Source of the DNA: a virus
Lineage: Duplodnaviria > Caudoviricetes
Reading direction: 5' to 3' (one strand)
DNA: 54,448 nt
IMG/VR virus record: IMGVR_UViG_3300017978_000048
Location: 1-54,448 of that record
Shown here: piece after piece, positions 37,073-46,304 of the stretch
Layout: every line of letters starts with the position of its first letter
Position numbering within the stretch: position 1 is the first letter of the stretch
Notes under the pieces: generated by a model
The model's database searches: none
The model's input: only the letters and a program-made list of their open reading frames with translations
Told to the model about the DNA's origin: nothing
Position numbers and translations under genes: made by a program

Positions 37073-37101
37073 ATTATACTACGAAACTGAATAAAAGTCA
37101 A
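37073..37101 (-). promoter_or_regulatory. Sigma70-type early promoter
   Basis: TTGACT-17-TATAAT. Confidence 0.85.
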
Positions 37102-37110
37102 GCAATGTGA

Positions 37111-37145
37111 AAAACCCCTGATGACATCAGGGGTACATCAGGGGT
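37111..37145 (-). terminator. Terminator-like inverted repeat after gp46 with a duplicated arm
   Basis: ACCCCTGATG followed by two copies of CATCAGGGGT (plus strand); T tract on the minus strand. Confidence 0.55.
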
Positions 37146-37150
37146 AAAAG

Positions 37151-38869
37151 TTAGTTCTTAGCGATTACAGAGAAGTCGTTTACTTTCTCGAATTTGATAA
37201 CGCTTCGGAACTTATCGAACAGTTGGTCACCTTTGTGAGAGATAACAAACACGTTAGAGTTTTCACCGAGGGTGTTCATCAGGTTCAAGAAGTAATCAGT
37301 ACCCGCTGTGTCCAAACTTGAATCAAAAATCTCATCGAGTAGTAACAGGTTTGTGTTTACTGAGTTCTTCATCTTAGCGATTTGACGCCAAGTAAACAAG
37401 ATTGATAAGTCGATACGCATCTTTTCACCTTCAGAGAAACTCGCATAAGTAAACTCATCACGGTGACGAGACTTAACGATTTCATTGAACGACTCATCCA
37501 GATCAAAGTGGATATAAGCGTCCATGGCGTTCAGATACTTATTGATCAGCTTGTTCATGATAGGTAAGTATTCACGGATAATAGCAGTTTTGATACCAGT
37601 ATCTTTCAACAGAAGGTTAGCAGCTTCTTCCAAGTTACGGTGTTCTTGAAGAAGAGTCTTCTGATTGATTTTATCCATGGCGTCTTTAGCGAGCTCTTTC
37701 AACTTACGCTTCTCTTCATCAACGTTAGCTGTGTCCATATTAGACTCATCAACTTCGGTTTGAAGTGACTTGTTCATCTTATTCAACATAGCGATGTTAG
37801 CGTTGTAGGTTGAAACGGTAATGTTCAGATCAGTGATTTCTTTCAGAACATTATTCATGTCAGCTAGGTCAGTGTTCAACTTATTGAAGATACCTTCCAA
37901 ATCAGACAGTCGCTTATTCTCCATTTCAATCTTACCGTTCAGGTCTTCAATAATGGATTCCTTATGCTCGTGCGGAATACCTTGTGAGCAGGACGGGCAA
38001 ACGCTGTTCTCATTGAAGAACTCGGCATGATGCTCGTGTTGCTCGACGATGGAAAGAAGTTTACTTTTAAACCCCTTCGCTTTTTCAAGGTCACTATCAA
38101 CCTTACTCTTGTTAGCAGTTCGTAGTTGGAGTGTGGCAATTTGAGCAAGCGCCTCAGCCACCGTTGTTTCGCTTCGCTGTATTTCTGAGTTATTAGCTTC
38201 GATTTTAGATAGTAGCGAGCCAATAGCTTCTGACTTGGCATTTGTAAGAGTTTTAATGAGTAGCGATTGTCCATCAACCTTAGTCTTCGCAGTAGCAATC
38301 TCCCCTTCAATCCTCTTGATAGTCTCACGTGTCTCATTGGCTTTTTCTTTCAATAGCTGATTCATAGTAGAGAAGATACGAATATCAAGGATGTCCTCGA
38401 TAACCTCTCTACGTTGACCAGACGACAATTGCATGAACGGAACGAACGATGCTGAACCTAGGATAACCACTTGAGTGAACGTCTTATAGTTCAACTTCAG
38501 GATTTGTTGCTCAAGAACCTTCTGGTAATCTTTAGCAGCGGCGTCTTGGTTAAGCAATACATCGTCAGCCCAAATTTCAAACTTGTTAGGTTTGATACCA
38601 CGGATGACTTTATACTTTTTACCGTTGGTGGAGAATTCAATAGTAACTAGAGAGTTCTTACCGTTGATAGAGTTAACCAACTGACCCTTGTTAATGTTAC
38701 GGAAGGGTTTGCCGAATAAAGCAAAGCAAAGGGCGTCTAGAATCGTAGACTTACCCTCGCCGTTCTTACCGATAATCAGAGTTGTAGTTGACTTGTTCAG
38801 TAACACCTTGTTAGCGGAGTTACCAGTTGAAAGGAAGTTCTTCCATTCAATACTTTCAAAAACGATCAT
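37151..38869 (-). CDS. 46: Recombination endonuclease subunit gp46 (Rad50/SbcC-like)
   Basis: GKNGEGKST, CPSC zinc hook, FSEGE signature, LLDE. Confidence 0.96.
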   Translation of the reverse strand: MIVFESIEWKNFLSTGNSANKVLLNKSTTTLIIGKNGEGKSTILDALCFALFGKPFRNINKGQLVNSINGKNSLVTIEFSTNGKKYKVIRGIKPNKFEIWADDVLLNQDAAAKDYQKVLEQQILKLNYKTFTQVVILGSASFVPFMQLSSGQRREVIEDILDIRIFSTMNQLLKEKANETRETIKRIEGEIATAKTKVDGQSLLIKTLTNAKSEAIGSLLSKIEANNSEIQRSETTVAEALAQIATLQLRTANKSKVDSDLEKAKGFKSKLLSIVEQHEHHAEFFNENSVCPSCSQGIPHEHKESIIEDLNGKIEMENKRLSDLEGIFNKLNTDLADMNNVLKEITDLNITVSTYNANIAMLNKMNKSLQTEVDESNMDTANVDEEKRKLKELAKDAMDKINQKTLLQEHRNLEEAANLLLKDTGIKTAIIREYLPIMNKLINKYLNAMDAYIHFDLDESFNEIVKSRHRDEFTYASFSEGEKMRIDLSILFTWRQIAKMKNSVNTNLLLLDEIFDSSLDTAGTDYFLNLMNTLGENSNVFVISHKGDQLFDKFRSVIKFEKVNDFSVIAKN

Positions 38870-39924
38870 TAAACAACCTCAATGTTAACTGCTTCGGTAT
38901 ATAAACCTCGCATGTATGTTTTAATCTTTTCTTTATCCAAATCCGTTTCCACGGTATCGACATAATGGGAAAGAACAGACAACGTATCTTCTAAACTAAT
39001 TTCTTCGTTGATTTCGCCGTCGTTAAACTCGGACATATCTTCAACGATCTTAATATCAGAACAACCCTTATTATATAACTTCTTTATGAATTGGTCAAAT
39101 TTATAAAAGTCAGTTTTATTTACAACGATCAGTTTAACATACTTGTCTTTTAGATCAACTTTGTCTATGTCGATAGGCTCGACTTCTTTGTCGTCGTATT
39201 CGACTCGGGCGAACATTGTATGAGGATTTCTGATGAAGTCGATTGTTCGAGTATCTGTATCAAACAGGTGGAACCCTCGGGGATCGTTATAATCTTGCCA
39301 AGTGAGTTCATAAGGGTTTCCGAGGTAGTGGATGTGTTTGTCGCTGCTACGGTGATGATAATGCCCGCTAAAAACGAGATCAAACTTATCGAAGATTTCT
39401 TTAGAAAGTCCATCATGGGATTCCATACCTCTATACATGGCAAAGCCAGCAATTTCAAAGTGACCCATACAAATCTCAGCCTTAGTGGCTTTCATATGGT
39501 CCAAACTAGCCTGAGCGTTATCAGGACAAATCCAAGGCATCATACAAATCTGAGTACCGTCAATCGTGATAGTTTCAGGTTTGGAGATAACGTCGATGTT
39601 AGCATACTCAGTTAGAAGTAAGTCAGGGGAGTTTACTTCGTTAGTGTTTTTGTAATACGTGTCGTGATTACCAGCTAGCATATGGACGCGAATACCCATA
39701 GCTTCTAGCTTATCGAAGAACATCTTCTTAGCTCGATCAAGAGCGTAGAAGTTTACAAACTTACGACGATCAAAAGTATCACCGAGGATAAGAACAGTGG
39801 TAATGCTATTTTGTTCAAGAGTAGGAAAAAAGACTGTCTCATAAAACTTCTCGAAAAAGTCCAAGAACGCAACGCTGTCATTACGAGCGCCGAAGTGTTG
39901 GTCTGTGATAATAGCTACTTTCAT
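38869..39924 (-). CDS. 47: Recombination nuclease gp47 (Mre11/SbcD-like)
   Basis: TDQHFG, GDTFD, GNHD and SGHYH motifs. Confidence 0.96.
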   Translation of the reverse strand: MKVAIITDQHFGARNDSVAFLDFFEKFYETVFFPTLEQNSITTVLILGDTFDRRKFVNFYALDRAKKMFFDKLEAMGIRVHMLAGNHDTYYKNTNEVNSPDLLLTEYANIDVISKPETITIDGTQICMMPWICPDNAQASLDHMKATKAEICMGHFEIAGFAMYRGMESHDGLSKEIFDKFDLVFSGHYHHRSSDKHIHYLGNPYELTWQDYNDPRGFHLFDTDTRTIDFIRNPHTMFARVEYDDKEVEPIDIDKVDLKDKYVKLIVVNKTDFYKFDQFIKKLYNKGCSDIKIVEDMSEFNDGEINEEISLEDTLSVLSHYVDTVETDLDKEKIKTYMRGLYTEAVNIEVV

Positions 39925-40067
39925 TCAACACCTTGATACATTTTAAGTTCAATGAAACGTTCACCTAGATCCTTGACGTAGGCTAATGCCATATCAAGGT
40001 TTGAGAATGATTTGAAAGTCACTTCAGGCGAACCTTCAAGGGTGTGTGTTACTTTGTAATATGTCAA
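39921..40067 (-). CDS. 48-aa hypothetical protein (not in ORF track)
   Basis: TTG start overlapping the upstream stop, stop overlapping the gp47 start; MTYYKVTHTLEGSPEVTFKSFSNLDMALAYVKDLGERFIELKMYQGVE. Confidence 0.5.
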   Translation of the reverse strand: MTYYKVTHTLEGSPEVTFKSFSNLDMALAYVKDLGERFIELKMYQGVE

Positions 40068-41245
40068 ATGAAACCAACCTTTCTTGTAGTCTTAGCAGCG
40101 CTAGTTTGCTCAGACTGTTTGTTAAAGATTTCAGCGATGCTGTATGTTTCTTTATCAGCGACCAACTCAACTTCAAGTTTATCAGCTAGAGCTTGAGCTT
40201 CTGTTGGATTCAACTGGTCGAACGTAACGATATCGAAGCAACGTCCTGGACGAATCAAAGCTGAGTCGATATCACGGATACTTGGAAGGTTGGTAGAGAA
40301 GATCATCTTCTTACCCTTAGTTGTAACCAAGCCATCACCAACGTTCAAGAAGCGGTGCATCATTGTGTTACCGTCAGAGCGAGACTTCAAGAATGCGTCT
40401 GAGTCTTCCAACACCATAACGTTGGTGTCGTCTTCGATGAAACGAGCGAACAAGTAATCCTTTTCTAGGATAGCGGCGTCGTATGTAACCATGGCGCTTG
40501 AATCAGTGTGAGACAGCAAGCCACGGATGAACGTAGTCTTACCAGTTCCTGGAGGACCGATCAAAAGCAGGATGTTGGCGGAAGATGCCATGAAGCGTTC
40601 GTAGTACGAAGCCAGTGATTCACCTTTGAGGAATGGATACATCTCGTCGCATGGGAGACGGTCACGGTTCAAAGGTACGTTGACAGAGTTACCGTCAGCT
40701 GAATAGATCCACTCGATATGAGAAGTTACAATATCGAATTGACTCTCAACGAGGTCGATGATTTCTTCGCAGAAGTCTTTATCGCCGTGGACTCGAACTG
40801 AAGTTGAGTTAGAGTTTACGCTGTAAGTGATATAGTTGAGTTCTTCTTCCATGATGATGAAACCAGAAGATGAACTACCTTGAACTTGTAGGTCGCCGTC
40901 AAACTCAGTTTCAACCCAGTCTTTCCATGATTGGCGGTTAGCCAGCACAGTAGTTTCACGTTGAAGGGTTTGCTTACCAGCTTGTACACGCTTCTGAAGA
41001 ATCTCAGAAGTAATCAAGTCATCAAAATCGGATACACCGAGGAATATCTTATCAGTCATAATATCTTTCAAATTAACATTTGCTTCGTAAGCAGCTTGAG
41101 TCCAAGACTTTAGTGTTCGTCCAGAACGTTGGCTTCTACGAAACCGTCTAGAACTTCTACGTCGTACAGGTGGAGCCGCAGCTCCCGCTCCCAAACTATT
41201 CAGTAAGTCCCTTATCGCTTTGTTCGCCATAATCATTTCCATCAT
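40064..41245 (-). CDS. AAA+ ATPase with Arg-rich N-terminal extension
   Basis: GPPGTGKT, LEDSD, STN and DSALIRPGRCFD (second region of homology); start uncertain. Confidence 0.85.
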   Translation of the reverse strand: MMEMIMANKAIRDLLNSLGAGAAAPPVRRRSSRRFRRSQRSGRTLKSWTQAAYEANVNLKDIMTDKIFLGVSDFDDLITSEILQKRVQAGKQTLQRETTVLANRQSWKDWVETEFDGDLQVQGSSSSGFIIMEEELNYITYSVNSNSTSVRVHGDKDFCEEIIDLVESQFDIVTSHIEWIYSADGNSVNVPLNRDRLPCDEMYPFLKGESLASYYERFMASSANILLLIGPPGTGKTTFIRGLLSHTDSSAMVTYDAAILEKDYLFARFIEDDTNVMVLEDSDAFLKSRSDGNTMMHRFLNVGDGLVTTKGKKMIFSTNLPSIRDIDSALIRPGRCFDIVTFDQLNPTEAQALADKLEVELVADKETYSIAEIFNKQSEQTSAAKTTRKVGFI

Positions 41246-41765
41246 TTATAAATTGATCCAAAGAAATAGTTTTAGACTTTTTCTTCTTTTCGTTCTTCTT
41301 CTCAGCGAATGACGAGTCGAAGGTTCCATGCTGTTGCATGAATTCCAAATAGGCATTATGGTATTCACCATCATCACCCTCTTGAAGTTCAAAGGCTTCA
41401 AAAGGCATATCTTGAATCAACTTACCCTTAATATATGACTGCTTCTTTTCCTTCTGAATCCTACGCAAGAACGCATAGTAAATGATCTGAGTGAAGTAAG
41501 CAAACGGATTACTGGATTTGTCAGGGTCGAAATTATGCGAATACATAATGCAGTTTTCGATCCCGTCAAGTACCATGTCATCGCGATATGAGTAGTTGAT
41601 GAAGTTAGGTTTGTAAGCTAAGTGATTAGCGATCTTGAGGATACACTCTCCAACATAGTTGGGAAGTCTAGGTTTTTCCAAACCTTTCTCCTCGGCTTCT
41701 ACACACTTCTTTTTATGTTCAATAAGTGCCGCTAGAAACTCAGCGTTGTTGACGTAATGTGCCAT
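41196..41765 (-). CDS. 55: Late sigma factor gp55
   Basis: HYVNN.EF, NF.NYSYR.DM..DG.EN, NPFAYFTQI and SLDQF motifs. Confidence 0.95.
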   Translation of the reverse strand: MAHYVNNAEFLAALIEHKKKCVEAEEKGLEKPRLPNYVGECILKIANHLAYKPNFINYSYRDDMVLDGIENCIMYSHNFDPDKSSNPFAYFTQIIYYAFLRRIQKEKKQSYIKGKLIQDMPFEAFELQEGDDGEYHNAYLEFMQQHGTFDSSFAEKKNEKKKKSKTISLDQFINDGNDYGEQSDKGLTE

Positions 41766-41803
41766 TCAATATCTTTCCTCTTGTTATTCGAGGCATTATC
41801 ATA

Positions 41804-41832
41804 AGTATACGCTATCAATGAAAAAAAAGCAA
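41804..41832 (-). promoter_or_regulatory. Promoter for gp55
   Basis: TTGCTT-17-TATACT. Confidence 0.6.
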
Positions 41833-41868
41833 ATTTATCTTTCCAACTTTCGAAGGTACAAGATTTAT

Positions 41869-41897
41869 TTGCTTTTTATTTGACTTTAATGTATTAT
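41869..41897 (+). promoter_or_regulatory. Divergent plus-strand promoter-like element with no downstream sense ORF
   Basis: TTGCTT-17-TATTAT; mirror image of the gp55 promoter through the inverted repeat AAAAAGCAAAT/ATTTGCTTTTT. Confidence 0.4.
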
Positions 41898-41934
41898 TAC
41901 TGTGTTGGGGTTGATGCTGATAAGTCTATTGATT

Positions 41935-42411
41935 CTAGTGTTTAGTGTCATTACCCTTGACGAATACTCTCTTGTCTGCGTCTTCCTCGTCAACGACAGG
42001 CGCTGAAGCGATAGCTTCCAGAAGATCTAATCTCCTTTGAATCTCTTCAATGGTCAGCTCTTCCAAATCATCGAAGCCTTCCTCATCAAAGTCATCAGCC
42101 GAAGGCGCTTTATGGAAGATGATTTCGTCATAGCTTTTCAGAAAGCTCTTGTAGTTCGCAATGAACTGCTTATGCATCTTCTTGATGTACACAATATGAG
42201 ACTTTTCCAACACAAATGATGTCGTTTCACTGAACGGACAGTAGGGAGCTGCCGTTACAGATTCTTTATTAAGCTCTGGGATTATTGTGGTTCGGATTGT
42301 AATTGGATAATCAATCTTCACGAACTTCTCGTCTTCACCCTCAAAGATTGCCATTAGTTGCTCGCCCGTTATGAGCTTAAGAACTACGCAAACATCATCA
42401 TCTTTTATCAC
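41935..42411 (-). CDS. Conserved T4-like hypothetical protein (Sm-like fold) downstream of uvsW
   Basis: VLKLITGEQLMA pattern; usual syntenic position. Confidence 0.65.
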   Translation of the reverse strand: MIKDDDVCVVLKLITGEQLMAIFEGEDEKFVKIDYPITIRTTIIPELNKESVTAAPYCPFSETTSFVLEKSHIVYIKKMHKQFIANYKSFLKSYDEIIFHKAPSADDFDEEGFDDLEELTIEEIQRRLDLLEAIASAPVVDEEDADKRVFVKGNDTKH

Positions 42412-43895
42412 AAAGATACCTCTACCATTTTCAACTTAAACTGTTCTTCGACATAAGTCTTGTAACGTTCAGCTGCATGGTTCAACGTATGATTCTTCCA
42501 AGACTTCCAGTGAAGGTCATCGGCGATATCATACAAGTTACAAACTAGCTTACCGTCTTTCAGTCGTAGACCACGACCGATGGATTGTAAGTTACGAATT
42601 TTGGATTTAGATGGAGACGCAAAGATAACATTCTCAATAGACGGTATGTTAATACCCGTGGAGAACGTACCAAAGGACGCGATGATAATCGCATCGTCTT
42701 CACCTTCTGTTATATGGCGAATTGATTCCCTGTCAGCAACATCCGTGCCGCCGTGTACAAAGAAAACTTTTCTGCCATCATGAACTTTATTCTTGATTAG
42801 GTCATGTAGAACTTTACCGTGCTTTTCAACGTATTGAAAAAGAACAAGCGTATTGCCTTTAGAATTTACTGCCAGATTACGGATAAACTTGTTACGCTTT
42901 TCATAGCCTACAAGAAAATCCATTTCTTCCTGGTATGAGTTTTTATTTCGTTCTTTTCTGACCTCATCTGAATATTTCATTATCAGACACGTTATATTTA
43001 GCGTTGTTAATTTCCCTGAATCCATTAGAGCCTTGGTAGTCGTAACTCTATGTACTGGTCCAAAGATACCCTCAAGAACTAGCTGGTGAATCTTTTTGTT
43101 ATCCAACGTACCTGTAGTTCCTACACGGTAACGGATAGTGTCCATCTTTTCCATAACGCCAGTAAGTGACTTGGCTTTAAAGTTATGAGCCTCATCTCCA
43201 AACATAACATCGAATTGTTTAAACCAACTCTTGGGTTGTAAGTAGATAGACTGCCAAGTTGTAATCAATACATCCTTGGTAAACTCTTTAGGGAAGCCGC
43301 TGTATAACTTTTGGCAGTGATTGCTAACATCAAAATCATTGGCTGAAGAATAGTCTTCAAAGTCAGCATACATCTGTTCGACTAGCGAAGTAGTTGGAAC
43401 AATCAAAATACACTTGCGCCCTTCGTTCATATGCCAACGCATAGTTGTGTAGATGATGAAAGACTTACCTGACGCAGTTGGAGAGATCAGTAGTGTACGC
43501 TCTTTACTCAAAGCAGTTTGTACAGCTTCAACTTGATAATCGCGAATTTCGATGGGCTTTCCGCGACCCATAGGCTTCAGCCACTCAGCAAACTCGGTAA
43601 CTAACTCGGTTGTAATCTCGTTGTTAGCTACAATATCTGGTGTTTTGAACGTTAGCGTATAGTTGTTACGCTGACAGAATTTAACGACATAATCGAGAAG
43701 ACCTATGTAAATTGTCTTACGAACTTGGTCATAGAGGCGTACCTTACCGTCCCAGAGTCTTGCTCTGAACTGTGGAGTGTATCGGGCACCTGGATATTCA
43801 TAGGTGAAGAAGTCCGCGAGCTCTTGCTCAACGGATGCGTCACCGTAGATGCGCATATAGACTTCGTCTAGTTTCTCAATTGTTAATGTAGTCAT
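42408..43895 (-). CDS. uvsW: DNA helicase UvsW
   Basis: SPTASGKS, DEAH, TGT and QSIGR.LR motifs. Confidence 0.96.
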   Translation of the reverse strand: MTTLTIEKLDEVYMRIYGDASVEQELADFFTYEYPGARYTPQFRARLWDGKVRLYDQVRKTIYIGLLDYVVKFCQRNNYTLTFKTPDIVANNEITTELVTEFAEWLKPMGRGKPIEIRDYQVEAVQTALSKERTLLISPTASGKSFIIYTTMRWHMNEGRKCILIVPTTSLVEQMYADFEDYSSANDFDVSNHCQKLYSGFPKEFTKDVLITTWQSIYLQPKSWFKQFDVMFGDEAHNFKAKSLTGVMEKMDTIRYRVGTTGTLDNKKIHQLVLEGIFGPVHRVTTTKALMDSGKLTTLNITCLIMKYSDEVRKERNKNSYQEEMDFLVGYEKRNKFIRNLAVNSKGNTLVLFQYVEKHGKVLHDLIKNKVHDGRKVFFVHGGTDVADRESIRHITEGEDDAIIIASFGTFSTGINIPSIENVIFASPSKSKIRNLQSIGRGLRLKDGKLVCNLYDIADDLHWKSWKNHTLNHAAERYKTYVEEQFKLKMVEVSL

Positions 43896-44332
43896 CACAT
43901 ACCAGCTAAAAACTTCTTCCATTCAATTGCTGACTTTAGTTGCCAGTCACGGGCTTTGATTTGCCCCAAAATGGATTCAAGAAGATAAATCATAGTTTCA
44001 AGATAATCAATCTTAATTCGTTGTGTATTTAGGTCGGTGTCGCCTTGGAGAAATTCATCCATCTCATTCTTGAGTGGCTTGACACCTTGCCATTGTTGCC
44101 AACCAAGGTTGACGAGTTCATCCCTACCGAGTTCGCCTCGATAGTATCTGAACTTGTTTTTGCGCAGGGTGTTGTAGTCTGCAGATAGCTTAGTGTGTTT
44201 CAACTTGACGTTGACTAAAAGTCGAACGTACTTAGCGTGCAGTTTAGGAGTCTTGGTAGCGTGTTCACCGAGGAAGTTATCGTCGATTACGCTGTCCTTA
44301 TCCCATTCATTCTGAATGTCATCAAGTGTCAT
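43895..44332 (-). CDS. uvsY: Recombination mediator UvsY
   Basis: W.KDS.ID, LHAKY, YY.G, R.W..K.AIEW.KF..G; synteny. Confidence 0.9.
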   Translation of the reverse strand: MTLDDIQNEWDKDSVIDDNFLGEHATKTPKLHAKYVRLLVNVKLKHTKLSADYNTLRKNKFRYYRGELGRDELVNLGWQQWQGVKPLKNEMDEFLQGDTDLNTQRIKIDYLETMIYLLESILGQIKARDWQLKSAIEWKKFLAGM

Positions 44333-44351
44333 AATATCTCCAAAAGCCTAA

Positions 44352-44885
44352 TTAGGCGTCAATAGTAAAGTATGAGTATTTAAAAGTAGCAGAGCCGATT
44401 ACATAGTTCACGTCCATGGCAGTTGATTCAAACTGTACAGGGTCTAGTGAAACTGGGAACACGTCATAAAATTTAAACGAGTTCGTGGCGTTGTTTTGAG
44501 CGTCAAGTACACCTACAGTCGCGTCAGAATAGTTACGAGCCAACTCTGAGTATACAGAAGTCGAACCTTGACTGTTCATGAAGTTCTTGTACTGGTCATG
44601 ACTCTCTGGAAATCCTAGAGCTACCATCCAATTGAAGATAGCTTTGTAGTTAGCCATTCGTTCATCAACTAAGAATGAAACCGTCAGTTCCGAGAACGTC
44701 ATAATTTCACCTGGAATCGCTCTGTTAGAGAACGGGTTCATTTGGTCAATTGACGCTAGGGTAACGCTGGGAATCGAAACACGTTGGCAAAAGAATGACA
44801 CCTCTGGTAACTTCGTAATAGAGAAGTTAAAGCCATTGGGTGATAACGGGTTTAAATTAGAGGGTGTTAGGCATTGGTCTGTCAT
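44352..44885 (-). CDS. 3: Tail completion / tube terminator protein gp3
   Basis: N.LSPNGF.F, F.VDE...NY and F...FP.SL motifs; position after gp23. Confidence 0.85.
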   Translation of the reverse strand: MTDQCLTPSNLNPLSPNGFNFSITKLPEVSFFCQRVSIPSVTLASIDQMNPFSNRAIPGEIMTFSELTVSFLVDERMANYKAIFNWMVALGFPESHDQYKNFMNSQGSTSVYSELARNYSDATVGVLDAQNNATNSFKFYDVFPVSLDPVQFESTAMDVNYVIGSATFKYSYFTIDA

Positions 44886-44905
44886 AGTAGTATTTAGCTC
44901 CATGT

Positions 44906-44932
44906 AAAAAAGGGATCCCGAAAGATCCCTTT
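44906..44932 (-). terminator. Terminator after the major capsid gene
   Basis: AAAGGGATC-loop-GATCCCTTT plus T tract. Confidence 0.85.
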
Positions 44933-44977
44933 AAAGTACCGCTTCTATGTCGGCTTATTTAAAAACCGACTAGTCGA

Positions 44978-46282
44978 TTACATTAGGTTAGTAACCTTAA
45001 CGCGACGGTAGTAGTAGTTAGCATCAGTAGTCAAGTTGTCTTGACCAGAAGTGCCGTCATCCAAGTTAATGAATGGGTTAGCAACTAGACCGTAACGAGT
45101 CTTGAAACCAATTTTAGGTTGGAAGCTGTTAGGATCAACAGCGCGAACCATTTGCAATGGAACGTATGGGCAGTAGAACAAGCCAGCGTCGAAAGCAGAA
45201 GTACCCTTGTAACCGCAAACGAAGTATTGGTTAGCAGAGATGTTAGCTGCATATGGATCAACATAAACTTTGTACTTGCCGTTTAGAACACCAGCGAAAG
45301 TAGTAGAAGTGTCATCTACGTTCAAGCTGTTATTACCGTTCAAAGCAGGAGTGTAGTCAAGAACACCAGCCATCGCCAATGCAGACGCAACGTCAGCAGA
45401 AGTGATGATGAAGTTCGCACGACCACGACGTGTCAATTGACCAACAGCGTTCGCTTCGCGTTCGATTTGGAACAATAGACCTTTGAACTTTTCAACAGAC
45501 CAACGACCGTTAGAGTCAACGTCCAAGTCGAAAGTACCAGCAGTAGCAGTACCAACTTGAGCACCAACCTTAGCAGTACGGTACACAGTACGCACAACTT
45601 CACGGTTGATTTCAGTCAAGATTTCTGCAGACAAAATGTTAGACAATTCGCCTTCAGCGTCCAAACCATGCACAGACTTCATGTCTTGTGCTAGTTCGAT
45701 AGAGTATTCTGCCTTCAAAGCACGAGTCTTTGCAGTAACAGAAGTCTTCTCGATAGAGAAAGCCATTTGACCGAAAGTACCGTCACCAGAACCGCCTTGA
45801 CCCAAACGCTCAGCAGCGTCAGTAGCCATACCAGTACCGTTAGTTTGAGTACCTAGAGTAGAACCGTTCAAAGGAGAAGAGTGAGTACCTGTACCAGAGT
45901 AGTCAGAATCGGCTTCGTTGAACAAAGCTTCAGTACCACCCATAGAACCGTAGCGAGACTTCATAGCGAAGATCAAGCCAGTAGGTTGAGTCATTGGTTG
46001 CACACCAGCGATATCATAAGCGATAAGCTGAGGCATAGCACGGCGAACCAAGCTGATCAACACTGGATCAAACTTAGCCATACCGCCTGTGTCGCCATAA
46101 GAACCAACAGCGTTAGTTGGTGCAGTTTCGAACAAGGCTTCTTGTTGCTTGCGCATTTCGCGTTCTTGGTTTTCCAAAAGAACAGCAGTAACTTCCTTAC
46201 GGTAGTTGTCTTTAAAAGCTGGAGCAGATTCGTGGTTTAGAATCGGTGCCCACTTTTCCATTAGTTGTTGACGAGTTGTCAT
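44978..46282 (-). CDS. 23: Major capsid protein gp23
   Basis: LLENQ, GVQPMT.PTGLIFAM, RALKAEYS.ELAQD and FQPKIGFKTRYG motifs. Confidence 0.98.
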   Translation of the reverse strand: MTTRQQLMEKWAPILNHESAPAFKDNYRKEVTAVLLENQEREMRKQQEALFETAPTNAVGSYGDTGGMAKFDPVLISLVRRAMPQLIAYDIAGVQPMTQPTGLIFAMKSRYGSMGGTEALFNEADSDYSGTGTHSSPLNGSTLGTQTNGTGMATDAAERLGQGGSGDGTFGQMAFSIEKTSVTAKTRALKAEYSIELAQDMKSVHGLDAEGELSNILSAEILTEINREVVRTVYRTAKVGAQVGTATAGTFDLDVDSNGRWSVEKFKGLLFQIEREANAVGQLTRRGRANFIITSADVASALAMAGVLDYTPALNGNNSLNVDDTSTTFAGVLNGKYKVYVDPYAANISANQYFVCGYKGTSAFDAGLFYCPYVPLQMVRAVDPNSFQPKIGFKTRYGLVANPFINLDDGTSGQDNLTTDANYYYRRVKVTNLM

Positions 46283-46304
46283 TTTATTTTCCTTTAGTAA
46301 AAAA

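Noticed and set aside
41804-41832. MotA-box middle promoter
   Set aside because: TTGCTT lies 17 nt from the -10 box, at the -35 position rather than the -30 MotA spacing; no motA or asiA is seen in the window.
44904-44978. Missing gp24 vertex gene after gp23
   Set aside because: The gp23-gp3-uvsY-uvsW order without gp24 is normal for cyanophage-type T4-like phages.
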